DNA of 61,218 nucleotides, filler included. It is 4 parts of 4 records of this genome, joined end to end, with 100 filler letters (N's around TTAATTAATTAA, not from the genome) between each part and the next. Parts side by side here need not be neighbours in the genome. Positions count along the whole stretch, not along the records: positions 32,105 to 48,016 come from DRR378314_2728; 3 more parts are not named here. One strand, given 5' to 3'. Made by a program: the position numbers and the translations under genes. The number at the start of each line of letters is the position of its first letter. Positions within the stretch are counted from its first letter, which is position 1. Of this stretch, positions 37,697 to 47,076 are shown piece after piece. The notes beneath the pieces are model-generated. The model did not search any database and was not told where the DNA came from. It saw nothing but the letters and a program-made list of their open reading frames with translations.

Positions 37697-38410
37697 CTAT
37701 TCCCGTCGCAGGATCTTGTCGACCTGAACGCCCTTGCCGAACTCGCGAAGGAAATCCTCCTTCACCTGCAACCGGTCATAATCCTCTTCCACCCAGTCCA
37801 GGAAGGGTTTCCAATCCGCCGGATCGCGGCCTGCATTATAGTCGGCATAGGTCTGGAAAAAGGCATCCAGCATGCCGGTCTTGCCGTGTTTCACATGCAG
37901 GTATTTCAGCGACAATTGCTCGATTGCCTCTTCATAAGGCACTTTTTCACGCAGCAATTTGTAGAGAACAGACATCAGTCCCGCGCGATCTGCGCCGGAT
38001 TTGCAATGCATCAGCGCCGGATATTCGATTGTGTCGAACAATTCCTTCGCCGCGAACAAGGCTTCCTTCGTTGGCGTGTCGCGGGAAAAGACCTGAAAAT
38101 CGACCAGCGTGATTCCCGCTTTTTCGCAGGCTTCCTTCTCCAGAAGGTAATAGCCCTTGGTGCTGGTGCCGCGAAGATTCAGGATCGTGCGAATGCCCAG
38201 CATTTCGGCATATTCGACCACCTTCTTCGGCGATGGCTGGTTTGCACGCCACATCTCCGGAGAGATCTGGTGCAGGTTCGAGAACATCTTGCGCAGGAAA
38301 CCATGATCGCCCCAGACAAGTTCACGCCGGGCACGGGCGCGCCCCTGCGGCGTCGACAGGTCCGGCGCGACATGCGGTTTGCGATTCTTCTTGGATCTCA
38401 GCTTTACCAT
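37697..38410 (-). CDS. protein-tyrosine/dual-specificity phosphatase-like protein (CtpA-like)
   Basis: HCKSGADRAG (CX5R) active site with RANQP and TILNLRG motifs. Confidence 0.85.
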   Translation of the reverse strand: MVKLRSKKNRKPHVAPDLSTPQGRARARRELVWGDHGFLRKMFSNLHQISPEMWRANQPSPKKVVEYAEMLGIRTILNLRGTSTKGYYLLEKEACEKAGITLVDFQVFSRDTPTKEALFAAKELFDTIEYPALMHCKSGADRAGLMSVLYKLLREKVPYEEAIEQLSLKYLHVKHGKTGMLDAFFQTYADYNAGRDPADWKPFLDWVEEDYDRLQVKEDFLREFGKGVQVDKILRRE

Positions 38411-38562
38411 TGCCCCGCGATTAGCCGCCGGGCCTGCCGGGGGCAAGCAGAGGCGGCAGAAAGAAAAATGTCTGCCCCCTGCATCCAAACACGATCCTGC
38501 CTGCATCTACTCAGCAAAGGCGCAGAACTCCGCCGCCACATTTTGCTTGAAGGAGCCCTCTA

Positions 38563-38937
38563 ATGAGTGAAGACATCATCGTCCCTATCGCGTTTTTCGG
38601 ATCGATTGCCGGCATCGTCTGGCTGGTCAGTCACTACAATTTCAAAAAACGCCTGACCCTGCACGAAACTGTGCGCCATGCCGTCGACAAGGGCCAGGAC
38701 CTGACCGGAGAGGCGATGGAGAAACTCGCCCTGATTACCGATCCGGTCCGCGCAGACCTGCGCCGCGGCGTGCTGTTCATGGCTGTCGGCATCGCCTTCG
38801 GCTTCCTGGGCCTCATGGTCGGCATGGAAGAAGGCGAAGCCGTCAAGCCGATGATCGGCGTTGCGTCCTTCCCTGTGTTCATCGGTCTGGCCTATCTTGG
38901 CCTCTGGGCAGCGGGTCGCCGTGAGCAAAGGGGCTGA
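38563..38937 (+). CDS. membrane protein (DUF6249-like)
   Basis: IIVPIAFFG N-terminus, DLRRGVLF and three TM helices; AAGGAG RBS. Confidence 0.7.
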   Translation: MSEDIIVPIAFFGSIAGIVWLVSHYNFKKRLTLHETVRHAVDKGQDLTGEAMEKLALITDPVRADLRRGVLFMAVGIAFGFLGLMVGMEEGEAVKPMIGVASFPVFIGLAYLGLWAAGRREQRG

Positions 38938-39496
38938 GCTGAGACTGGTTGCCGAGGGAGGGCGCGACATGCGCAGCGATCCGGACCTGGCCGCAAGTGC
39001 TGCGCGAGGGCATGAGGCAGACTTTGCCGAACTCGTGCGGCGCCATCAGGCTCGCGTGCGCGGCATGGCCCGCCGCCTCACCGGCTCGGCCAGCGACGGA
39101 GACGACATTGCACAGGCGACCTTCCTGAAGGCCTGGCAGAAAATCGGCTCATACGCGGGCGGCACCTTTTCTGCCTGGGTCTGCACGATCTGCTGGCGGG
39201 AATACCTGCAAGCCCGCCGCAAGCAGAAGATCGAGATCGAGTTTGACGAAACGGCCGAGATCATCCCGTTTGAACGCACGCAATCTGATGAGGTCGGAGA
39301 CCAGATGGATCTCAACCGGGCTCTGGAGAAACTGTCAGAGGCCCAGCGGGTCTGCGTGGTGCTGTGTGTGGCCTCGGGCCTGTCCCACCGCGAAGCAGCC
39401 GAAGCGACCGGCTGGCCGCTTGGCACTATAAAATCCCATGTGACGCGCGGCGTGGCGGCGCTTCGCAAACACCTTAAAAGCAGCCATGTGGCGTGA
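38921..39496 (+). CDS. ECF RNA polymerase sigma factor
   Basis: FAELVRRHQ, DDIAQATFLKAW, FSAWV and LSHREAAEATGWPLGTIKSHV (regions 2 and 4); start GTG 38921 or ATG 38969. Confidence 0.9.
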   Translation: MSKGAELRLVAEGGRDMRSDPDLAASAARGHEADFAELVRRHQARVRGMARRLTGSASDGDDIAQATFLKAWQKIGSYAGGTFSAWVCTICWREYLQARRKQKIEIEFDETAEIIPFERTQSDEVGDQMDLNRALEKLSEAQRVCVVLCVASGLSHREAAEATGWPLGTIKSHVTRGVAALRKHLKSSHVA

Positions 39497-39508
39497 TGGA
39501 GTAATCTG

Positions 39509-39856
39509 ATGCGAGACCAGGAAACCTATTCAGACCTGACCGATCTCTTCGCGGCAGAAGACCGCAAGATGGATCCCGCACCCTTTGTGGATGAGGTCAT
39601 GACCGGCATCCGACGTAAATCCCTGTTCCGCCGCCTTCTGCTGGGTGCAGTCGGCATTGCGGGCGCAGGCGTTGCCGCCATGCAATTGCCGGGCTTGCTG
39701 GCCAACTGGACGGGACTTGACCAGATCGTCACCCGGACCGTGACCGATGCGCGCCAAGATGCTGGCCTGCTGGCGAGCGCAGATCCGATCTGGCTGATGG
39801 TGGGCGGGGTTGTGGCGCTGAGCCTGCTGGCCATCACCAGCTGGGAACGGGCCTAG
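39509..39856 (+). CDS. putative membrane anti-sigma factor
   Basis: Directly follows the ECF sigma gene; short soluble N-terminus and two TM segments. Confidence 0.6.
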   Translation: MRDQETYSDLTDLFAAEDRKMDPAPFVDEVMTGIRRKSLFRRLLLGAVGIAGAGVAAMQLPGLLANWTGLDQIVTRTVTDARQDAGLLASADPIWLMVGGVVALSLLAITSWERA

Positions 39857-39868
39857 CAGGCGCGGGTC

Positions 39869-40450
39869 TCAGGCCGGTCGCCACCCCATGCCTTCGAGCA
39901 GGGATTTGGTCTCATACAGCGGCAGGCCGACAATGGTGGTGTAGCTGCCACTGATATGGGTGATGAAGGCTCCGGCCATGCCCTGAATGCCATAGCCGCC
40001 CGCCTTGCCGCGCCATTCCTCGCTGGCGATGTAGGCGGCAATCTCCTGATCAGTCAGCCGCTTCACCTTCACACGGGCCATCACGGTGCGGCTGTTCACC
40101 CGGCCATCCGGCGCTTTCACGGCCACGCCGGTAATGCATTGATGCGCCCGGCCCGACAGCAGCCGAAGGAAGGCTTCGGCCTCTTCGGCGTCGGCCGCTT
40201 TTTCAAGGTTCCTCTGACCCAGCGAAACCACGGTATCCGCGGCAAGTACAAAGCCCGCTTCCGGGCAAGCCGCAGCCTTCTCTCGCGCCAGCCGTTCGGC
40301 CAGCGCGCGGGGAGACTCGTCCTTGCGACGGGTTTCGTCGATATCAGTGGGGCAGATCGCGTCCGGCACTATCCCGATCTGGGCGAGCAGGTCTCGCCGC
40401 CGGGGACTCGCACTGGCGAGGATCAGGGGAACAGGCCCTGAGGACGCCAT
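39869..40450 (-). CDS. maf: Maf family nucleotide pyrophosphatase
   Basis: [27 protein letters not shown] and VGLP motifs. Confidence 0.93.
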   Translation of the reverse strand: MASSGPVPLILASASPRRRDLLAQIGIVPDAICPTDIDETRRKDESPRALAERLAREKAAACPEAGFVLAADTVVSLGQRNLEKAADAEEAEAFLRLLSGRAHQCITGVAVKAPDGRVNSRTVMARVKVKRLTDQEIAAYIASEEWRGKAGGYGIQGMAGAFITHISGSYTTIVGLPLYETKSLLEGMGWRPA

Positions 40451-40455
40451 ATCTC

Positions 40456-40674
40456 TTATTTGAAGCGGTAGGTGATACGACCCTTGGTCAGGTCATATGG
40501 GGTCATCTCGACCATCACCTTGTCACCCGTCAGCACGCGGATGCGGTTCTTGCGCATCTTGCCAGCCGTGTGGGCAATGATCTCGTGGTCGTTTTCGAGT
40601 TTCACGCGGAACGTCGCGTTCGGCAGCAGTTCCACAACTGTGCCTTCGAATTCAATCAGTTCTTCCTTCGACAT
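40456..40674 (-). CDS. infA: translation initiation factor IF-1
   Basis: [24 protein letters not shown]...[16 protein letters not shown]...[12 protein letters not shown]. Confidence 0.98.
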   Translation of the reverse strand: MSKEELIEFEGTVVELLPNATFRVKLENDHEIIAHTAGKMRKNRIRVLTGDKVMVEMTPYDLTKGRITYRFK

Positions 40675-40909
40675 GCAGTCTCCAAATCAAGGCGGTCCGT
40701 TGCGCCGCCGAAACGCATATAGGGGGCGCATAAAGCCTTGCACAGATTCCGGCAAGATTTGAAGCTCAGCAAAAGCCCCGTAATACCGGCAGTTTCAGCT
40801 TTCAGAGACCGGTCAACTGCTGATCGGCCCCTGTTTTGCACTTTGTTGATGCTTATATACGCACATTGGACAGAATTGGTTCTGAAATCTGAAGCGAGAT
40901 CGAAAATTA

Positions 40910-41230
40910 ATGGCTGCACACGCAAAACCCCAGACCAAGGACGCCTTTGACCTGATGTCAGAGCGCATCCATGAGGCGTCAGAGGTGATGAAGGCCATGT
41001 CGAGCGATACGCGGCTGAAGATCATGTGCGCCCTGAACGAAGGCGAACGACCGGTTCACCAATTGGCTGAAATGACTGGCCAGTCGCACTCTGCCGTTTC
41101 TCAGCACCTGGCAAAGCTGCGTGCGGCGAATCTGGTGGAAAGCCGCCGCGATGCGCAGACCATCTACTATCGCTGCGCCGGCGGTATCGGCCGCGAACTC
41201 GTCAACACGCTCTGCGCCTATTATCGCTAG
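40910..41230 (+). CDS. ArsR/SmtB family regulator (BigR/SqrR-like)
   Basis: RLKIMCAL, SAVSQHLAKLR..LV..RR.AQTIYY and C-terminal TLC. Confidence 0.88.
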   Translation: MAAHAKPQTKDAFDLMSERIHEASEVMKAMSSDTRLKIMCALNEGERPVHQLAEMTGQSHSAVSQHLAKLRAANLVESRRDAQTIYYRCAGGIGRELVNTLCAYYR

Positions 41231-41312
41231 ACCTGTTGCGGGAAGGACATAATCGGAAACTCCTCTGGAATCAGGATACGTTTTCGATACCGAAACCTGC
41301 TATAAGCGCTCC

Positions 41313-42371
41313 ATGTCGACCACAACGGCCCGGGCCAGTTTTGAACTCCAGCAGATCGAACCGATCCTTTCATGGGCGGGCACGTCCGGCGTGGATGTGG
41401 ACGGTTTGCTGCACCGGCTGGGCATCGACCCAGGCAAGCGCCGTGATGCGCCGGGTACGCGGATTGACCTCGTCGACTATTACCGCATCCAGCGCGAAAT
41501 CGCCCGATCCTTTGATGACCTGACCGCACAGCTGTCAGAGCGAAAGCTGCTCTACCAGACCGGCACATTCGTGGTCACACAGATACAGGCCGCCGCCACT
41601 TTGCAGGATGCCATTCGCAGCCTCGCATCGCATTTCAACATGATGCATGGCGGGCGCTACAATTATGTGCGCCAGACCGACCGCACCCTGACGCTGGTCG
41701 TTGATGATTCCACCTTCCCCTATCGCTTTCGGGACGATCGCGCGCTGACACATTTCGTGGGCGACGCGCTGCTCATCAAGACTCACGCCCTGCTCGACAG
41801 CCTGACCGGCGGCGCAGCCGGTCGCGGCCTGCAACGCGTGAGCCTGCTGCGAAACCGGCACGATGACGGGAATGGCCAGTTGGGTTTCTGGCAAGTCCCC
41901 ATTGGCTACGGCCATGCGGCCTACGAGCTGATCTACGACATCGACATTGCCTGCGAGCCCATCACGCCCGCCCCGGACGTGGACCTGACCGCCGATGGCA
42001 TTTTTGCGCGCGTCATCCGACATCTCGACGGCCTCGCGCCATCCGCCGATGTGCGGGCCTTCGCCGTACGGACCTCTGATCTGATTTCGGATGGATATGA
42101 AACCCAATCTGCTGTGGCCCAGCATCTCGACGTGAGCGTCGCCACCCTGCGCCGGCGCCTGAGCGAGGAAGGCACCAGCTTCCGAGACATTCTTCAGGAG
42201 AGCCGCGCCGAACGGGCCGGCCTGATGCTTAGCCAGGGTATGAGCGTCAGCCAGGTTTCCGATTCCCTCGGCTATTCTGACGTGCGGGCCTTCAATCGCG
42301 CCTTCAAGAAAATGCGCGGCGTGTCACCCGCAGCCTATGCAAAGTCTGGCGTCGAAACCGCTCAAGCCTGA
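41313..42371 (+). CDS. AraC family transcriptional regulator
   Basis: C-terminal SVATLRRRLSEEG...LGYSDVRAFNRAFKK HTH with an N-terminal ligand domain. Confidence 0.9.
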   Translation: MSTTTARASFELQQIEPILSWAGTSGVDVDGLLHRLGIDPGKRRDAPGTRIDLVDYYRIQREIARSFDDLTAQLSERKLLYQTGTFVVTQIQAAATLQDAIRSLASHFNMMHGGRYNYVRQTDRTLTLVVDDSTFPYRFRDDRALTHFVGDALLIKTHALLDSLTGGAAGRGLQRVSLLRNRHDDGNGQLGFWQVPIGYGHAAYELIYDIDIACEPITPAPDVDLTADGIFARVIRHLDGLAPSADVRAFAVRTSDLISDGYETQSAVAQHLDVSVATLRRRLSEEGTSFRDILQESRAERAGLMLSQGMSVSQVSDSLGYSDVRAFNRAFKKMRGVSPAAYAKSGVETAQA

Positions 42372-42377
42372 TTTGCG

Positions 42378-42415
42378 TGAGCGAATATGTTCACTCGCGC
42401 TGAACCCATATGTCA
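42378..42415 (+). promoter_or_regulatory. tandem direct repeat, putative AraC-type operator
   Basis: TGAGCGAATATGTTCA and TGAACCCATATGTCA, 23 bp apart, upstream of the TonB receptor. Confidence 0.5.
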
Positions 42416-42479
42416 TCGCCGTCATGTGCGGTTTCTGGAAAACTCCCGTCAAATAGAAGAATGCCCTTGGGAGGAAAAA

Positions 42480-44777
42480 TTGGGACATCACAAATTCACT
42501 ACGCTGAGATTCGGTCTCGTTTCGGCGCTCGCGCTGACCGCGGGCCAATACGCTGCGCATGCGCAGGACGCTGAAGAAGACACGGCTGAAGAGGCTCGCA
42601 CCCTTGGCCGGGTCACCGTCACCGCGCAACGCCGCGAGGAAGACCTGATCGACGTTCCGCTTTCGGTCTCTGCTTTCAGCGGTGAACAGCTGGAAGCGAC
42701 CGGCGCGGTCGACATCACCTCCATCCAGCGCTCGACGCCAAACGCCACGATCGAAGTTGCCCGGGGCTCGAACTCCACGCTCATCGCCTTCATTCGCGGT
42801 GTTGGTCAGCAAGATCCGCTCTGGGGCTTTGAGCCAGGCGTTGGCCTCTACGTGGACGATGTCTATATCGCTCGTCCACAAGGCGCGATCCTCGACATTT
42901 TCGACATTGAACGGATCGAAGTCCTGCGTGGCCCTCAGGGCACATTGTATGGTCGCAACACCATTGGCGGCGCAATCAAATACGTCACCGCAAAAATGGA
43001 AGATGAGCCGGACCTGAAAGCCAAGGTCAATTTCGGTTCCTATGGCCAGATGGACGCCATCCTCTCCGGCTCCGTCCCGCTCAGCGATACGTTCACGGTC
43101 GGCGGCGCGGTCGCAAGCTATCAGCGCGACGGTTATGGCGAGAACCTCTTCACCGGTGCCGATCATTACGACAAGGACGTATTGGCCTATCGCCTGAGCG
43201 CGGAATGGGCCCCGACAGACTCCCTGTTCTTCCGGCTCGCCTATGACAAGTCAGAAGACGATTCCAACGCCAAACACGGCCACCGCCTGATCCCGAGTGG
43301 AGATGGCACCCTGCCAGTCACAGACAATGTCTATGATACGCGCGCAGGAATCGGCGATGACAACTCGGTGGAAACCGAGGGCTTCTCTCTGACTGGCCAG
43401 TGGGACGTGAACAATGAATTCACGTTGAAATCCATCACGGCGTTCCGCGAAGGCTCGACCGTCACACCGATTGACTTCGACGCCCTGCCAAACCCGGATT
43501 TTGACGTTCCCGCCTTCTACAGCGACGAGCAGTTCAGCCAGGAATTCCAGTTGCTTTACAATGGCGACCGTCTCTCGGGTGTCGCCGGTGTCTACTATCT
43601 GGACGGCACGGCAGATGGCGCATTCGACCTGCTGCTCAGCGCGCTTGGCGTGACAGTCTACCAGGCCGGTGTGCAGGACAAGGAGAACTTCTCCCTGTAC
43701 GGTGATTTCACCTACGACCTGGCCGACCAGTGGAGCGTTTCCCTCGGCGGCCGCTTTACGAAAGACGAAACAACGGCAGACGTAACTCGCGAGCTTTGGC
43801 TTGGTCTTGGATCGGCCTCTTTTGATCCGACCAATTCCACATCCATCTTCCTTGCCACCCAGACCGGCTATACTGGCCTGAACCGGGAAGATGAGGAATT
43901 CACCCCGCGGATTTCGGTATCCTATCAGCCTACCGACGACCTGAATATCTACGCAACCTTCGCGCAAGGCTTCAAGGCCGGCGGCTTTGACCCCCGCGCC
44001 CGGGCAGACCTCGATCCGCTCGGCCTGTCGGAAGAAGGCTTCGGTCCTGAAAAGGTCGACAGCTATGAAATCGGTGTGAAGGGCAGCTTCTTTGATGACC
44101 GCCTGCAGCTGAACACCGCCGTCTTCTTTGCCGAATACACCGACCAGCAGATCACCGTGCAAAGCGGCGCAGACTCTGACAATGACGGCGTGAACGACAC
44201 ATTCGTGTCTTCAGTCTTCAATGCCGGTTCGTCTGAATATACCGGCCTCGAGATCGAAGGCAGCTGGTTCATCAATGACGAGTTCACGCTGATGGGCAAT
44301 CTCGGCTACATTGACGCAGAGATTCAGGAGATCATCTCCGCCGGAACCAACATCGCCGACCAGTTCGTGACGCAGAATACGCCGGAACTGCAGGGCCAGC
44401 TCTCGTTGAACTATATGCGAGATTTCGGTCCGGAATTCGGGGCAATTTCCATCACCGGTTCGGCCTCCTATCGAGACGAATACAATCTCTTCAACATCGA
44501 CAATGAAGGCTTCGCGCCGGGTACGAACGTGCTGTTCCCGAATGGCGGCCCAGCGCTCGACCCCGATGCCTACACGCTGCTGGATCTCAGCTTCGTCTGG
44601 ACGTCTCCCTCTGAACGCCTGCGCTTTGGCATTCACGGACGCAACCTGACCGACGAAGAGTATCGCGTCGCAGGCTATAACTTCGTTACGCCAAGCCAGC
44701 TTGGTTTCGACAGTGCGTACTCCGCCTTCTACGGCCCGCCACGCACGCTGACTGCCTCAATCTCGGTTGATTTCTAA
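42480..44777 (+). CDS. TonB-dependent receptor
   Basis: Signal peptide, VTVTAQRR TonB box, IERIEVLRGPQGTLYGRN plug and C-terminal Phe; TTG start after GGAGG. Confidence 0.95.
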   Translation: MGHHKFTTLRFGLVSALALTAGQYAAHAQDAEEDTAEEARTLGRVTVTAQRREEDLIDVPLSVSAFSGEQLEATGAVDITSIQRSTPNATIEVARGSNSTLIAFIRGVGQQDPLWGFEPGVGLYVDDVYIARPQGAILDIFDIERIEVLRGPQGTLYGRNTIGGAIKYVTAKMEDEPDLKAKVNFGSYGQMDAILSGSVPLSDTFTVGGAVASYQRDGYGENLFTGADHYDKDVLAYRLSAEWAPTDSLFFRLAYDKSEDDSNAKHGHRLIPSGDGTLPVTDNVYDTRAGIGDDNSVETEGFSLTGQWDVNNEFTLKSITAFREGSTVTPIDFDALPNPDFDVPAFYSDEQFSQEFQLLYNGDRLSGVAGVYYLDGTADGAFDLLLSALGVTVYQAGVQDKENFSLYGDFTYDLADQWSVSLGGRFTKDETTADVTRELWLGLGSASFDPTNSTSIFLATQTGYTGLNREDEEFTPRISVSYQPTDDLNIYATFAQGFKAGGFDPRARADLDPLGLSEEGFGPEKVDSYEIGVKGSFFDDRLQLNTAVFFAEYTDQQITVQSGADSDNDGVNDTFVSSVFNAGSSEYTGLEIEGSWFINDEFTLMGNLGYIDAEIQEIISAGTNIADQFVTQNTPELQGQLSLNYMRDFGPEFGAISITGSASYRDEYNLFNIDNEGFAPGTNVLFPNGGPALDPDAYTLLDLSFVWTSPSERLRFGIHGRNLTDEEYRVAGYNFVTPSQLGFDSAYSAFYGPPRTLTASISVDF

Positions 44778-44786
44778 TCAGCTGAG

Positions 44787-44823
44787 CGGGTCGGCAATCT
44801 GAACACATCGGATTGCCGACCCG
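44787..44823 (+). other. intergenic stem-loop (mRNA stabiliser or partial terminator)
   Basis: CGGGTCGGCAATC / GATTGCCGACCCG perfect 13-bp stem with no U-tract. Confidence 0.65.
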
Positions 44824-44875
44824 TCCCTCCCAGGACCTTGCATATTGTTGCGTGCGGATCGCCGCGCCCTGAAGG

Positions 44876-46177
44876 ATGCTCATGACACAGACTGCGGCTG
44901 CCCCCTCCCAGACCTCCCGGAACAACTCGCGTGCCTATGTCCTGGCGCTGCTGACGCTGGTCTACACTTTCAATCATATCGATCGTCAGATCCTGTTGAT
45001 CCTGATCGAGCCGATCAAGGCGGAACTCCAGATTTCGGACGGCCAGATCGGCTTGCTGACCGGCTTTGTCTTCGCCGCATTCTACGCAACCTTTGGAATC
45101 CCGATCGCCATGTGGGCGGACCGGGGCAACCGCCGGAACATTCTGGCCATCTCGCTGGCGCTCTGGTCGGGCATGACTGCGCTCTCCGGCTTTGCCCAAA
45201 CCTATTGGCAGCTTCTGCTCGCGCGCGTCGGCGTCGGCGTCGGAGAAGCAGGCGGAACACCTCCCGCAACATCGATCATCTCAGACCTGTATGCGCCAAA
45301 AGAAAGAGCCTTTGCGCTTGGTATCTACACGGCCGGCATCGGGCTTGGCGTATTGGCCGGATTTGTCATCGGCGGGTATGTCTACAAGTATTTTGGCTGG
45401 CGCACCGCATTCCTCGTCGCGGGTATTCCTGGCCTGATACTGGCCGCCATTGTCCGCTTCACGATCCGCGAACCAAAGCGCGGCGCCATCGAGCAACGCA
45501 GCGATGACGGCCAGGCCTCCACCCTCGGCGAGACTCTCAAATTCATTGGGGGACAAACCTCTTTCCTGCTGATGCTGGCTGGCTGCTGCCTCATCTGTAT
45601 CTCCGCCAATGCCTTCCTCGCCTGGACGCCAAGCCATCTGCAGCGGACCTATGATGTTGGCCCAAGCGACATTGCGATCCCTCTCGGTCTATTGATTGGC
45701 GGAGTTGGTAGCGTGGGCGCGATCCTCCTGGGCCGCGTTTGTGACCGGCTGTCCGCGCGCAACCTGGCATGGCGTCCGTGGATGATCGCCGTATGTGCAG
45801 CCATCGCCCTGCCGTTCGCGTGGATGTTCCTGCAGGCTGACACGATCAATATGGCATACGCCTGGAACGTGGTGCCGGCATTCATTGGCCTGATCTATGC
45901 CAGCATTGCCTATACGGCCTCACAGGAACTGGTCGGGCTTCGCATGCGGGCGTTCGCTTCGGCATTCATGCTGTTCTGCCTCACCCTGATCGGCATCGGC
46001 GGAGGCCCCAGCATCGTCGGGTATCTGAGCGAGTATTTTGCGGCTCAGGGCAATGAGGCTCCACTGAAGTCGGCGCTTGAACTCATGCTTGGCCTAAACG
46101 CGCTGAGCGTCGTGTTCCTGGCTCTGGCGGGTCGCACATACGCACGCGACGCCAAACGTGCTGCGGAGATCGTATGA
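44876..46177 (+). CDS. MFS transporter (spinster-like)
   Basis: NHIDRQIL, ADRGNRR and ARVGVGVGEAG motifs; about 12 TM helices. Confidence 0.9.
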   Translation: MLMTQTAAAPSQTSRNNSRAYVLALLTLVYTFNHIDRQILLILIEPIKAELQISDGQIGLLTGFVFAAFYATFGIPIAMWADRGNRRNILAISLALWSGMTALSGFAQTYWQLLLARVGVGVGEAGGTPPATSIISDLYAPKERAFALGIYTAGIGLGVLAGFVIGGYVYKYFGWRTAFLVAGIPGLILAAIVRFTIREPKRGAIEQRSDDGQASTLGETLKFIGGQTSFLLMLAGCCLICISANAFLAWTPSHLQRTYDVGPSDIAIPLGLLIGGVGSVGAILLGRVCDRLSARNLAWRPWMIAVCAAIALPFAWMFLQADTINMAYAWNVVPAFIGLIYASIAYTASQELVGLRMRAFASAFMLFCLTLIGIGGGPSIVGYLSEYFAAQGNEAPLKSALELMLGLNALSVVFLALAGRTYARDAKRAAEIV

Positions 46178-47076
46178 GCGAAGCAGCGTCCCTCCCGGCA
46201 AACACAACCCTGACCAAACGCGACCTCTTCTACACGTCGCATGACGGGCTGACCCTGTATGCCGCTGACTACGGCCAGATCGACAGCGACACCGTCATCC
46301 TGTGCATGCATGGGCTGACGCGGAACCACAAGGATTTCGAGCCCATGATTGAAGGGCTCGGCCTGGAAGCACGCTTCATTTCGGTGGACGTGCGCGGGCG
46401 CGGGAAATCAGACCGCGACCCGAACGGCACCACGTACCTACCGCCCTTTTACGCACAGGACATGGCCACGCTGATGGCGCACCTGAATCTGGACAAGGTG
46501 ATCCTGATCGGTACGTCGATGGGCGGACTGATGGCCATGCTGATGGCCAAGGCGTTTCCGGAAAAGATACGCGGTATTGTGATGAATGATGTCGGCCCGG
46601 AAGTGAACCCGACTGGCCTGAAGCGCATCGCGGGCTATGCCGGAGGCAATGAGATTTTCGACAGCTGGGGGGACGCCGCAGCGGCGATTGGCAAGACGCA
46701 GGCAGGCGTCTATCCGGATTATGGAGCCGATGACTGGATGGCATTTGCCAGACGAACCTGCGTCGAGCAGGCCGATGGCAAGATCGTATTCGACTATGAC
46801 CCGGTGATTGTGAAAGGGATGGGCAGCACAACGCCCGGATGGCGCGTGAATTTCGCCATGTGGCGCGTGTTCGCCGCGATGAAATCCATCCCGCTGCTGA
46901 TCATCCGGGGCGAGTGGTCTGACATTCTGGCAAAGAAAACCGCGAACCGGATGCTTCGTCGCCACAAGAACAGCACGCTGTTGACCGTTCCCAATCGTGG
47001 CCACACGCCGTTTCTGGATGAACCGCACTCACTGGATGCAATCCGCGATTTCATTCGATCACTCGGCTCAGCCTAG
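46174..47076 (+). CDS. alpha/beta hydrolase
   Basis: HGLTRN, DVRGRGKS, GTSMGG nucleophile elbow and GHTP; ATGA overlap with the MFS gene. Confidence 0.9.
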   Translation: MSEAASLPANTTLTKRDLFYTSHDGLTLYAADYGQIDSDTVILCMHGLTRNHKDFEPMIEGLGLEARFISVDVRGRGKSDRDPNGTTYLPPFYAQDMATLMAHLNLDKVILIGTSMGGLMAMLMAKAFPEKIRGIVMNDVGPEVNPTGLKRIAGYAGGNEIFDSWGDAAAAIGKTQAGVYPDYGADDWMAFARRTCVEQADGKIVFDYDPVIVKGMGSTTPGWRVNFAMWRVFAAMKSIPLLIIRGEWSDILAKKTANRMLRRHKNSTLLTVPNRGHTPFLDEPHSLDAIRDFIRSLGSA

